Below are positions 28,171 to 41,600 of a stretch of 64,000 nt of DNA, in pieces. The notes under the pieces were generated by a model, which did not search any database, had not been told where the DNA came from, and saw only the letters and a program-made list of their open reading frames with translations. Within the stretch, counting starts at the first letter, position 1. The number at the start of each line of letters is the position of its first letter. Position numbers and translations under genes: made by a program. The DNA is from Phoronis australis. Lineage: Eukaryota; Animalia; Phoronida. The stretch spans positions 724,335 through 788,334 of the forward strand of contig NMRA01000039.1 in NCBI GenBank assembly GCA_002633005.1. The letters run 5' to 3'.

Positions 28171-30021
28171 GAAAACACAAAAGCAGCACAAATGTTATTT
28201 CTTTCCTATCGAACATTTTACTACGCTATGTTTTGTGCAAGTCATTTGAGCATCCCATGGCACAACATAAGCAATTCAAAGACTGGCAATAGTCACTAAA
28301 CACAGGGAGTCCCAGATTTGAAACTTGTAGTAAAACAAAGATGTTGAACCATTTAAAACAAAAATTTCTGTGCTTCTTATACTAAGTGTACAAACAGCAA
28401 AGTATGACAAAACTCCGGGTATTTCCCCCTAACTTATACTAAATTCAAATTCTCACACAAAATCTATAGGGGACACTGAGCTTGCTCGATAACCGCTCTT
28501 ATCACCATGTATTTACGATATCACCCATTCCGATATTACCCATTCCGATTGAGAAACTTGGTAAACATCAAATATGATTTCCAACAGGGCTGTTCACGAG
28601 GGTTTCTTAAATTTACAAACAGTGAGCTAATTATCTGCCATAACTACACACCTTTATGACATTAACTGAACAGATAACACCTGCAGAACAGGTAATTAGC
28701 TGTATGAAGTATCCATACAACTCTACATCAAAATACCCACCAAACATTAGGCCCCGCAACGTAAAGTCTGCTTCAACTCGAGCTTTCTCATTAGTGAACC
28801 ACTACACAAACAAGTTCTTAACTGAAATGTGTTAGCCACAATACTTGTAGTATTTAATCATTCATATGTACAGTAATCTATCAAAATTTGATAAAACCCA
28901 GTCAGAACAACGTAGCTTTCAGCAAAATCTTTAAAAACAGAAACAACCAATTGTCGAACAATCCAAAAAAGAACTCCGTGAGGGTGTCTCACTTGAGATG
29001 TCTAACCAAAACAACCGTTTCACCAAAAGCGATAGGTCAAGGGTCCAGTGACCTTCTACAGGACCCTCTCCACGGATGATAAGAACAACAGACCTTTCAT
29101 GACCACTGAAGCCAACATGTGGTAAATTTTATTCAATATAAAACATGGTAAATAATTCAAATCATCTACCACTTTGAAGCTAAATTCTCAGCACATATTG
29201 CATTTACTACTGGTGGTCAAAACAAACGTCTCCCATTGTATTGCACATCACCTCCCCCCCCCCATGTCATATCGTTATCGTTTGCACAGGTTACCTCCGC
29301 CCCGGTGCTTCCAGACACGTCGCTACCATATCACCATATCATTTATGTTTTCCAACGCCTATTTAGTGGAAATAATTGCATGCAAAACCAGTTTCAAAAG
29401 AAATATAAATGCACCCAAGTTCATAGAGCTCTATTAACACAGTGACNACAATTTGAGACTCCAGTTCAAGGTGATAAACATGCAGTGGTAAATGTATGAA
29501 CGGCCTTATGAAAACCATACCTTTATTGCATTGTCATGCAACAATTTAAATAATTTCCCAAGCTAAGGTATAATAAATGTATTCAAAAAACTATGCTGGG
29601 GTTGCATGACATCAAACTCCTGCACAACCACCACGAGAAGAATACCCCAATTAGCCCGTTGGACATGCCAAGTTGATGACTTTAATTAGGATGCATTCTT
29701 CCTATAATACAACTGCACGCAACTGACATTTACAGAGGTTCAACAGGTAAAATCATGTTTTTTCCACTAACATCAACGCAACCGACATTCAGGTCTAAGA
29801 AAACCCAAGGTTGGCTGCAAAACATTAAAAAGCACTGGTTGATCAAACCATTCTGGTATCCGATACTCCACCTTTCCTCATCACTTCCTGCCTGATAAGC
29901 AAGCTTTTCAAACTGTTAACTTCTCTTCAAGACAGTCTACACACAGTAAAATCTCACTATTTTCAGTACTGTTAAGAGGACAAGCGAAATCTAAATTTCT
30001 CACTCTTTCAAAAAGGATGTT

Positions 30022-30233
30022 CAGGACCAAAATGAAGCATAGGACGAAAATGACACACAGGACCAAAATGACAGTCGGGATCAAAATGACATACAGGACC
30101 AAAATGACGTACAGGACCAAAATGACGTACAGGACCAAAATGACGTACAGCACCAAAATGACGTACAGCACCAAAATGACGTACATCACCAAAATGACGG
30201 ACAGGACCAAAATGACATACAGGACCAAAATGA
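30022..30233. repeat. 18-bp minisatellite, ~12 copies
   Basis: Unit CAGGACCAAAATGACGTA; it accounts for the three repetitive ORFs called at 29908-30295. Confidence 0.95.
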
Positions 30234-30544
30234 TGCCTTGGCATATCGAAGTTCAGGATGATAGCTACCAATGGACCATACAGCCTCAAAAGTAATAATT
30301 TAAGCCCAAAACATCATTCTGGAAATATATAACCAATGAATTCAAAATTCAAGCATGAAGTTTTGATGAAAATGACAAAAAGAGAAAAATTGACAATTTA
30401 TCTTGGACTGTCATGGTGATCAACAATTAGCACCACTGGCTTCATCTCAAAGTTAGCATGTTTCATTGTTTCCGCTGGACTTCAAATGACTTGATCTCAT
30501 AAAAGAGGAATGGTTCATGTGGCTCAACTTGGGAAATCATAAAT

Positions 30545-31333
30545 TACCGTAAAACTTCCAATACAAGCCGCGTTTTAGTAGGGGCCGGGTTTCAAGTAGA
30601 AGTTGGTCTCTAATAAAGATGGGTGCATGACTAACAAATTGCATTTATCAAATCACACCCCTCTCTATTATTCTACTTCCATTACCAATGCAGGTGATGT
30701 GCACATGCGCTATTTTCGAATTTTACAACTTTAGGGTTGGCCATTTTCGAATAGAGGTTGGGCAATGCCAGTAAACTCCGAAGTGTTTTCATGTGTCACA
30801 AAGGTTTTGATGTTTGTAAAAGAAACTGAAACCTATCATGGTGAGGAACACCACGAGACCCATTTTCTGAAAATCTTAATTTGATTTTTGATTTTTAGGG
30901 ATCTAAACAGGGCCGAATATAACTTTAAGATTCACTAAAAGTTCACATAGAGTTTTTATAGCAGCATGTGAGAATTTCATGCGAAAAAAAAACATTTGGA
31001 CAGATAAGTGATGTTTTGACAATTTATTTGATACAATCACTGCCTGTGTTAATGCTCCACAAAAAAGAAAAGAGCATAATGGTTACCATATTGACGCACC
31101 ATAAGGCCCATGGGTGTCTATGTGGAACTGCGCTAAGTGCAAAACTTAGGCGCATGCGTCAAATGCGAAGCATTAGGGTAAAAAAAGGCCACAAAAAAGA
31201 CATTATTTTGGATAGGCTCGAGGCAAATGGCTCATGGGCCCAAGGGCGCGGCAATAAACTATACTTCATTAAGAAAATGAATCTGGAGAAAGTGTGAAAT
31301 TAATAAGCCCAGGTTTCTATTAGAGGCTTTATA
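30545..31333. mobile_element. Degenerate Tc1/mariner-type MITE
   Basis: The left end TACCGTAAAACTTCCAATACAAGCC and the right end GGTTTCTATTAGAGGCTTTATA form an imperfect inverted pair of the TACCGTA.. type. Confidence 0.45.
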
Positions 31334-31335
31334 AC

Positions 31336-31473
31336 AATAGTGCTCAATTTCTCAGAAGAAATTCTGGGATTCAGATATCTGCTGTTAATGATTCATTCGT
31401 TTATGAAAATAGTGCTCAATTTGTCAGAAGAAATTCTCGAATTCAGATATTATGCGCTGTTAATGATTCATTC
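31336..31473. repeat. ~72-bp tandem duplication
   Basis: aatagtgctcaattt.tcagaagaaattct..attcagatat..gctgttaatgattcattc occurs twice. Confidence 0.9.
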
Positions 31474-32575
31474 ATATGACTAACTTTTGGACCCAATTAC
31501 CTGCTGTGACACAGATACAAACAAAAACAACATAGATCTCAATGAACAGGTACCAATAAAAACAAATCAGTAACCATGACAATTTAGCATGTTTTAAAAA
31601 TAACATGCTGTTCCTGGTTGCTAAGCACAGAACTGGAATCGTTAGATATTGCAACACATCTTGTAACACCAGCATGCCACTGTATTCATTTGTATCCAAT
31701 TCATATACCAGCATTGTGCTGCTTCATAGGTCAACTGGTTATGGACTTGAAATTGATGGGCTGATGACGCATCTTTCTTATCCATATTTGAGAGAGAATT
31801 CAACAGACTCTATCTGAACTGAGCTGGAATCCTTCTTTTTTCTTTACACAGTGATGCACTCCAGGTATCAAAATGAGCCGGACACTGACCAAGACCGATT
31901 ACATTGTTCTTGGCTTAATTTCTAGAATTCAACTACAAATTTTGGAGAATAAAAATAAGAAAATCTGTGCAGTTCACCAGACACTAAATAGGATTTTCAG
32001 ATATATTATCTGGATGTCATTATCAATTTGAAAAATGTTTACAGCACTTAATTCATCACAGCAACATTTCTTGTTTTAATATCATTCTTGCAAAATCTCA
32101 ACTATGTGTGATGGTCTGATGGAGGTCTCACACCATTAGAAATTCATGGTGCTAGTACAGAGACATCACTACCACCATTCATTAAACAAGATATTTCCAT
32201 AATTGGGATTATTACGCAAAAAGTACCAGTGCATTAGACATAGGGTACACACTGTATGTTTAACATTCAGAGGAGGAAGCATCAAGCCCCTTCCGGCATG
32301 CTGGGCTACCAGTCAAACAATGACTAATCACGCAGATCAACACAACAGACATTGTTTCATTAATAAAAAATAACAGAATGGCATTAGAGATAGCAGTGTA
32401 AATGTTAGCTCATAAAATCCATCAATACCCAGAGCAAATCAGTCAATCAGTGGCTATTGTGCTACCAGGAACAGTAAGTCAATACACACTGGCCAATATC
32501 AATGATGTGTTTTACAGCTGACATTAACAGAGCCATGTCATGAACACATCCACTAAAACAAGAAACTGTAGGAAC

Positions 32576-33940
32576 ACCGCATTTATCCACCTTCACTCTT
32601 AGCAGGCTTCTATTGTGAGTCAGCATGCGTGAATAATTGGCTGATAAGCCACCTCTGGAACTACTTTTGGCTGAATGGATGACCAGGCCATAAAATGATA
32701 ATTAGCCAAGACCAGTTACTATAATGCAACAAAGAACAAGTAATAATGTCTTGCATCACCTAGCCTTGGTGGAAAGCTGTATACTGTATTGGCTCAAACA
32801 AACGCTTAGAAAAATTCATTTCACGGGGAGGGGACGCTTATTGTAGTGAGCCTACGGCAGTTGAAACCCGGTTTCCCAAACGGGTAAAATCGGAAGCTAG
32901 GATTCATCAAATTTACGCTCTGTGACGTATTTGTAGCCTATGACAGCCTTTCTACAAAATTGTGGTGCATTGCTATCAACTTCCGTTGTTAAATTACGAT
33001 AATTTTTCAAAAAATTGTGCTCATCACAGGGCGAAAACTTGCCGACTGATGCGTCGCTGAATCGCGATCGTCAATAGGAAAACTTGTACTCTTGAATAAA
33101 AATATAGTTTCGACTCAACAAATTACCTGAAATCTTCCTGATGTTTTACAATTTTTAAAGTTCCTGTGGAGTCCAGATTAATTGCGATTAAGTCCAAATG
33201 TGCGCTACATCGTACTCCACAACACGAGAAAAATCTCTGGATGAACACACATGTTGTTGTCACGTGACGTTTGTTTTGAAGGTCGTCTGCGTATGAGAGT
33301 GAGTGAGCGTGCGTGTGCGGGTCATCGACGATAGACTTTTTTGTTACAAAAGGCGGAGGATTATGCAAGAAAATGGCGTTTACTAGATTGTTTTTCACTT
33401 AAACGGCTGTAACGTGCAAGGTGAGTGCGCTCGCAGAGTCACATCTCGGAAGTTTCCGGTTTGACGGATGACAAAGAACGATCTCAATGAAATTACACAA
33501 AGTCGTTTTAGAGCTTGTAATAGCTATACAAAACGTATTTTGAGTATTAAAATGCATTTTTTCCAAAACCTAAATAACACACGGAGTAGTTCTACATTTA
33601 TACAATCCTAACTTGGGTCCTATATTTTTGTATTCGTGCGCGCCGAATGAAAGTAATCGTGAGTGTTTCTGTGTTGCAAAATCTCTTATCCTGGGCCGAT
33701 TTGAAAAATTCAAAGTTGTATTCGTATTTGTTTTCGCTCCTCTTTTCAAATATTACAGTAAAAATTACGTAAAATTCTCTCCATAAAAAGTACAGTTGTT
33801 AGGCTAGACTGTAATCAGCTGATCATATCCGCATGAGCGAAGTCAATTATCCTGGCTCGTGACTCGATGAATAGAGCAGCTTGGCGGCATCCCTTTGACC
33901 ATGAGCCGAGCGCGTCTCAGCCAAGGTGGATAAATACGGT
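32576..33940. mobile_element. Putative non-autonomous DNA transposon (~1.37 kb)
   Basis: 18-bp inverted termini ACCGCATTTATCCACCTT / AAGGTGGATAAATACGGT (1 mismatch) and a CpG-rich interior; the TSD is not clear. Confidence 0.55.
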
Positions 33941-34350
33941 CTACTTCAATTTTCCATACCCCGCCGTTTACCTTAAACACCGGGGTTAGAACCAATTTTA
34001 TTTAGTGGGAATGTTCATAGCATGGCACAGGTCTGTTGCAAGCGTTTAGGGGTACATTCAGTGCACCGTAAGTCTCTTGCAAGAAAAGCGAGATCACACA
34101 AGACCACGTAAAATCACACAAAAGAAAAGCAAGCGTTTCACATAAATGGACGCTAAACTGGAGCATGGGAATTATCGGAGTAAGGTATCGATGAAAACAC
34201 TATTTCCGTTCGAGAATTTGAGATTTCTCGCGGCACGTATCTCACGACTGTGATATGAGGAATGCAGTTCACGTAACCTCCAAGCAAAACTTCCAATTAA
34301 AGCTGCACTCCACCCAGTGTTCAGCAGGCACATGGTAGGATTCCAACTTC

Positions 34351-34596
34351 AATAATCTCCGATGGTCATTACCAACTCAGGTTGGCCAACCTTAATAATC
34401 TCTGAATGTCACCAACTCAAGCTGGCCAACCTCAATTGTCTCTGATGGTCATTACCAACTCAGGTTGGCCAACCTCAGTAATCTCCGATGGTTTTGGTGA
34501 TGGAAATGGAATCCTATCACAGTAAGGAATATTATGAGACGGATTTTATGAGAGTAAAAGGCCTGATTTGAGTTTCATTTTTTAACCAGCTAAACA
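34351..34596 (+). repeat. Interspersed repeat with an internal ~42-bp tandem unit (3.5 copies); homologs at 59890-60050 (inverted) and ~40305-40360
   Basis: Unit aataatctccgatggtcattaccaactcaggttggccaacct. The tail ggaaatggaatcctatcacagtaaggaatatt..ccagctaaacag matches the reverse complement of 59890-59982. Confidence 0.75.
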
Positions 34597-34627
34597 GTGC
34601 AAAATGTGGCCTTAATCAAACTATATA

Positions 34628-35063
34628 CAAGGTACCTAAACTACACGGTCAACGGACTCATAAACACGACTCACGGACCTGCAAACACTGTCTACTGGCA
34701 CACAAACACGGGCAACAACAGACTCACAAAACACAATCCACGCACCCAAATACACCATCGGGACACGAACTCATATTCACGAGGAAACACGGTTAACAGA
34801 CCGCCAAACACGGGTCACGGACAAAATGAAGATGTCAGCTGACCCAGGAAGCCGATGAGTCCGTGAACCGTGTTTGGCGGTCCGTTAACCGTGTTTCCTC
34901 ATGAATATGAGTCCGTGTCCCGTGTATTTGGATGCGTGGATCGTGTTTTGTGAGTCCGTTCCCGTGTTAGTGAGTCGGTGGACGGTGTTTGTAGGTCCTT
35001 GACCTTGAGTCGTGTGCGTGCCCGTGTTTACCAGTCCGTTGACCCTGCAGTTTAGGTACCTTG
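34628..35063. mobile_element. Foldback/palindromic MITE (436 bp, ~195-bp arms) inserted in (TA)n
   Basis: CAAGGTACCTAAACTACACGGTCAACGGAC at the left is the inverse of GTCCGTTGACCCTGCAGTTTAGGTACCTTG at the right. Complementarity runs inward to ccgccaaacacgggtcacggac / gtccgtgaaccgtgtttggcgg, leaving a ~36-nt loop; the element is flanked by tatata / atatatata. Confidence 0.92.
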
Positions 35064-38000
35064 ATATATATATGACAGAGGTTATGGAGTGGAGGCCTTG
35101 GTGATGGTGGTGCAGTGACAATAAACAAGTTGGTGCCAGTGGTTGTATTGGTTGGAACAGGGCATTAAAGTTGCAGATCTAGTAGAGATTGAGATTATTG
35201 TTATCAGTGGAAATCCTTATGCCAACACTGGGTGTCCATTCCTTCTGCTCCAGTGGTTTTGTATGGTCTGGCACCATAACTGAAGCAGGACTTCATGCAT
35301 GGTCTGGGGCCCGCAATATTAAGTTCTCAAACACACTGCACTGCACTGCAGGTCTGAGGCCTTCAGACTACAACCTAATCAATACAGACTAATTTATTTG
35401 ACTGATGGGTATGGCTGCACATGTCATGCAAGTATGACTCCACTTGTTGGCAGAATAAATGTATAAAATCTAGAAACTGCACAAGTTATGTAACAACTAT
35501 CTAGGAAGTCTAATGGTAATTAACATGAGACCAGCATGACAGCCTCGTCAGACATACAATTTGCATGTCATTGAGAGCCGGTCAATACTCTCAATGCAAA
35601 AAAATGACGCTGATACCAGATGGACAGTTGATGTTCCAGACAGCACTAATATTAGATCAGAGTGAAATTGCAAATTTCAAAATGAAATTAATCAAATTTA
35701 AGCAATGGTGAATTTTTCATGACGCAATCAGTTAACTCCATTCGGAGCAGTTTTCTCATGCGTAACTAAGATCCACATCACGGCATAACAAACACCCCAA
35801 ACACGAACCAAAACAATGGTCTTAAAAAATACAGAGCCTGAATTACTGGGAGGGAGACCCTGTCCTAATCTCCATTAGAGGACAAAAGGTTGTGGAATCA
35901 ACTAGGCTAATATAACTCTCGATTATACAACATAATATGGCCCTTGTCCAGTTGGAACTGTACAAAAGGATCTATGCACTTTTACACTCTCAACTCATCT
36001 AGAGGACGGTTGCGTTAAAAAGAATATACTGCAAGCGGATTTTCAATCAATTCCCATTAAGAAAGGCAATTGCCGTACACACTGTAAGCAGATGTGCGCA
36101 GGGCATTCATGCGGGACCACTACATTCACCTTCACCTGTCACTAACTATTTTTATGCCTTGTCAATATACTTAAACCCCAGCTGAGAAACCAGAGACTCA
36201 AGTCAACAGGCTAGCAGTGTGCCCCAGAGGAACTCGAAGCCACGATCTTGAGTAAAAGAAGCAGATTCTTCTCCCCCTAGGCCCCTAGTCCGGACGTAAT
36301 AAATTATAGGTCCTGGCACGATAAATTTTGAATTTGAGTATCTTTTTGGTACTTCAGAGAATTAAATTCTTCAATAGAAAATTTGTGTCCTGGAATTTTC
36401 TTCCGTGTTGACTCTCCATACTGGGCACCTTATTTCAAAATGGGCTCTGTGTTCAGATAGAATTAACCACTGATAATTGACCTTATTTTTGCTGAAGTGC
36501 CCTGGGAACACTTATTTGGCAGTAGAGTCCCAGCGAAAAAAATCCCAGTATGTCATAAGAGTCAAGGGAGAGACAGATCTGCTTACGGAAATGAATATCA
36601 CACATTGTTGTTGATGGTCACGAAAACAGTTGCAGCTATGATCGCAAGAACTCAGGGCCACAGCAAACTTTTAGAGCCAAGAGCATTAGAAGTCATGTCT
36701 GTTCTTGCGAGACTCAGTGTCTAGGAACTGTGTAAGAAGTTGCCATAATTACAAAATATCAAAGGTCACAAACATGTCCTGACTTGGAACATAAGAGGAA
36801 TCAATAGTGCTGGAAGCTGGAAATAACCTTTACCAGTACAAAACAGTCAAGGTCAGATTGGAACTGTGACGTTTGCAACATAACAAGGTTCTCGGCAAAG
36901 AAAAATTCTGCAACCAAACACTGCTTCCGTTCATTTTTCTCATGGAATTATTGAACAATGCATGCCAATATGTTAATGTCGCTTTCTCACCGACTCCACA
37001 ACTCCTCTGTTTTGGGACGTTTTGATCAGTGTTCTGTAACTCGGCAGAATTAAACGACTACTGCAGTTCCTCTCAATGAAGGTAGATAAAGGTGCCGAGT
37101 TGCCGAACTCCCCGAAACGGGAAAGTCTAAATCCACTCAGACGGGTGTAGTCAATAGAGGTCGCCTCATGTAACACACAAATTCAATCAAACGTGTGAAT
37201 TAACAATGCCATCTGGTGTTTAATCCAGACAATTAGTGCTAACTCCAATGCCGAGGAGCTACCGGAAAAGTAAGGGGAGTTGCGATGGAGTTTTAAAAGA
37301 TGGGTTTCTGTACTTGGAAAGCGACACAAGAAATCTCTTTTAGCAACACAATAATCAACCAAATTTCACTACATCAAGCAAAAAAACACACTCATTACCA
37401 GAGTATTCAATGCGAGTTCAACATTTTTATAATTAAGTACTATTAACAACATTAGTTTGTGTTTTTTACTAAAGATTTAGCAATTTCTGTTTAACTCATC
37501 CTCAGCGGTTTCCATAACAACCCTTTTTATATGACACTCTGTCAGTCACCAATCGTTAACAGTGATATATATCAGAAACTTGACCGTAAGCAGTCAGCGG
37601 TGAATATGATTAATTTTGCATGGAAACCAAGAAAAGCAGCTAATTTCTTAGGTTGACTCTCATGTGTAGGGAGAAAATTCATCACAATAAGACCTCTGAT
37701 CATATCACTAGTGTACGAATGCTACAGGGTGCATGCACCACTGATCCATCTAAAAATATTATGAACCATAATGTCACTCAATTACATGTAAACCCATCTG
37801 CTTTCTGGGTTATCTGTACTATTTCACACTTTTGGTATGTACAACAAATACGTTTGATTGACTTGTGTGTCACAAATGCTGGCAAACCGATGACGGCAAC
37901 ACAGAATAGATCAACAACAGTAACTTGAAATCTTTTATCATTTTGTTTCTGTTGCTAATTATGTTATCACTGTCACCCAATATTATATTTACTTCCATAA

Positions 38001-38542
38001 CCAACAGCAGTCTGCCTTTAAGTTGTTCATGTTGAAATATATTAAACTTACATTTACTTAATTTTTAAAAACAAAAAGAACCAGGCAACAATAATATATT
38101 GTTTAGTTTTATTTCTATTAAATGATGAAATACATGAATGAGTGTGTTCATGGGTGTGTGCGTATGTGCGTACGTACGTGCATGAAAGCCCCGCCCCCTT
38201 CTCCTTTTTTGTACTTTAAATGTTGTCTTCAGCGTATGAACTGTTATAACCGGATTGTTGAATATACTAAACTATTAAAGAAGTTACCATTTTAATTTTT
38301 TCATCAAATAAAAGACTCATTTTTAATAGGCCCTGGTGCAAAAGTGGATCAATTTCAAAACTATTACTAACAGTTTTAGAGAACAGTGCCCAAAGCATGG
38401 TATCGCAATCTTTAATACAAATCGGGTCGGCCTGAGTTTTGAGCATGTTCTCAAGTAGGCAAAATTGGGACATTACTTTCTAGTGTCCTCCATATCCTTA
38501 AATATCCTGCTAAAACAAGACTATTGAATGACGGTGGACACC

Positions 38543-38625
38543 GGTAATGGTCTGATATAACGTAACCAAATTTCGAGAACCAGTTTTCTCCACTGAATAA
38601 CGGGCATCAAACTGGTTCTCAAAAT
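38543..38625 (+). repeat. Short interspersed repeat with an internal hairpin; homologs at ~63414-63482 and ~39286-39327
   Basis: The motif ggtaatggtc.gatataac....c..aatt...agaacca.t.tt.tccac.gaataacgggcatcaa is shared; gagaaccagttt / aaactggttctc are inverted. Confidence 0.7.
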
Positions 38626-41600
38626 ACGGCCACGCTATTGCCGTGGATGCCAGCCAGTCATCGGTTTTTAAAATTCACCTGAATGGCCAACAACATTCAC
38701 TTCAGGCTTTATTCATTACTGATCCTTATCTCCAAGAGTGTTTAATTACAGTATGTTTAATGGTCATTCTCTTGTACTATTTGTTTGCATTGTAAACAAA
38801 AGCAAATTGATTGGCAACATAAGGTAAGTACTAGTAACTGTGCTGTTAATCTCAAATTACACTAAGGTGATCCTTAAATATAATTGTTGTAAAGTAATCC
38901 AACTGTGGACAGATACTGAACTGCAGCCTACTTCTTCAATTTTTCGACGACAGATCATGAGCTTTCATAAAATATACGAGATGAGGCAAAATGGTCAATT
39001 TATGCATTTACGTGAAAAATTATTAAAAATAACACAGTTGAGGACGTTTCTCATTTCAAGACAATCTCTTGAGAAAATGTCAACTTTAATGCAGGAGAGA
39101 CACTCAAAGTAAATTCCAAATGATTAACATTAAAATCAAGCCATCAAGGAACTAATGATCAAGTTCTGAGGATGTTTCTCAACTTTTAACAGGGCTTTTA
39201 ATAGTAGCCTTTAGAAAGTTGACCTTTCTGTTCCATTTGAAGATGAAAACCAATTGAAGTAAGAGTCACTTAGAGGGCTCCTGCATTTTGAGAACCATTT
39301 TTTCCAGTGAATAATGGGTGTGAAACTGAATGTCAAAATCCAGAGCCCTTATAAGTGACTGCTACTGTCAAAAGGACCATTAACCACCATTAATCAAAGA
39401 AGCTGATTTTTTAATTAGAAACACTTAAACCTGAGCTATAAAACTAACTTCTCACTTTAATTCAACTCGTGTGAGAAGTGATTTCTGGGTACAGAAAAAA
39501 CTGACGGTTCGTCATAACTAGAGACCATGACGGTTCATAGTTATGACCAGGTATGTCAGCACTATCTTGCAGAACCTCGTCTCAAGCACCACCAGGTATG
39601 CCAGCACTATCTTGGGACTTAAGGAACAATTTCAGACCTCAATTTGCAATGGCAAGTGCACTGAATCAAACCCCAGTTTTTGTGACGGGACTCGGGTACG
39701 TTTATAGCTTTATCAGAATATTTTATGCACATTCAGGCCAATACTACAAAGGACATATCCTTCTAGGTGAAACATAAACAATGCTATGACCTATTTCTAA
39801 GCATTTTACTAACATACGCTCAAGTAATTAAGAATTTTCACTATCATGCGGGCAAGGAGAGTTAATTGCATTGTGCTCAAACTCACTAAGAATTGTTTTC
39901 TTCATAAAGCACATGTCTAAAATTGACCAACAGGAGCATACTACCGGTATATTCATTCACAATGCGCCTTTTGACCAGTATCTCCATTGGTTGAACACTG
40001 AACCTGTCAATGAAATTCTTAAAACATGGCTATATTTACAACTGCATTTTAAACTCTTTAGCTGTCAATGTTAAATTCTGAACTGAACGACTGTTACAAA
40101 ACTCATTCAGTCTTGAATGGTCTAATACACCTAATGCATCAGATGTGCGCAGGCCGCTCTGGTGAGCTGGACCCACTGCACCAAACACATGAAACCAATT
40201 TTCAATTATTAAGTAATACATGTAACACATATAGACAAATACACAAATTAAGAGGGAGCAGAGGAGCTAGACATTTGACTCAAGGGTGTAGCAGTGCAGT
40301 TCAGAGGGACTTCATGAGTGTAAAAGGAATAATTTGATTTTCATTTTTAGCCAGCTAACACGAAATACAACTATTAATATTTCTCCTTGGAAACAACAGA
40401 TTGTCTTCTGAACTTTGTGATTTTGTACAACCCAAAGAACATACCTGTTCAGCCACCATTGTTGAAATTTTGTTGACATTTATTTATAGTATGATTCTGA
40501 CTTATATGTTTTCTCCCATTTCTGTCTCAGTGCTAGTTATCCAAACATTAATTGCAACAGTATGCCATGATTTGCGACCTGCAGTTTAAGCTTACGCTAG
40601 ATTTTGTTTGGAGACCTGGAAAAATCCTGTCAAAAAATAATACGCCGTCCGGCAGACATTTGCCAAGTTGACAGTTTCTCATCACAGGTAGGTTGTTTGT
40701 CAAAAGTGAACTAGAAACTCACAAGGTGCAGCAAATGAAGCAACAGACATTGCCATGTGCACTCAGGTAAATCACGTGGTACCATATCTAATGAATCTCC
40801 CCGTGCTAATGAACAGATATCGGTTCTTAAAGAGGGACGGGTACCTTTATTTGTCAGCACCACTTGCTAAATATCAAGTCTCCCATTCTGTGAGGACCTC
40901 AACATGGGCGTACTGTTTTCTCAAACAAATTTGAACAAGGTTCAACAAAGGTTGCAGCTGCAATGGCATTATAGCATGTGCAATCTGAAAACATCCTGAA
41001 TTCAATCAGACATACACAACTGTAGATTTTCCACATCACTGCATTTATGAGTAGTCCAATCTGGTTGTTTTCAGTCATTTCTGCAGTCCCCTCATCAGGA
41101 ATTAGGTTAGCCCAACCACTTAAACCCCATTCAAATGGATTAAGCTAGCTAAATAATGGTTCTTCATATCCTTCAATGCCATATTTTATGGTGAAGTGCC
41201 CTAGAAAATTTGTTGGCTGTGGCACTCTCCCAAACATTAAAACATTAATTTTTCTATTCACAGAGCATTACACTGCACGTCTATTCGGGCAAACCAGCTT
41301 TATGAAGCACAACATCGACCCCATTAACTTGTTCAGAACCATGCGCTAACAAAATTGCATCTCATAATGAAAACACCTCACTCTACCTACACTTATGAAA
41401 CAAAATTTGTTTATAAACACCATTGTGAAGTAGAACTAAATACTCATTAGGATTAATGCCTACGTTGAGTTGGTGCCACCTCCGAAACTTCAATTTTTTG
41501 TTTTTAAGCGCCCATGCCTGGCTTACCAACCATCTCCAATTTAATAGATTGTTATTTCTTTAAAAGGCCTAGTGTCTTTGCGAACGTCCGTTAAATCAGA

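Noticed and set aside
29908-30295. Repetitive ORFs (RTKMTY / VILVLY / RHFGPV)
   Set aside because: These are translations of an 18-bp minisatellite that is open in several frames; there is no splice or homology support.
36060-36290. Possible SINE on the minus strand
   Set aside because: The A/B boxes are too degenerate to support a call without a database search.
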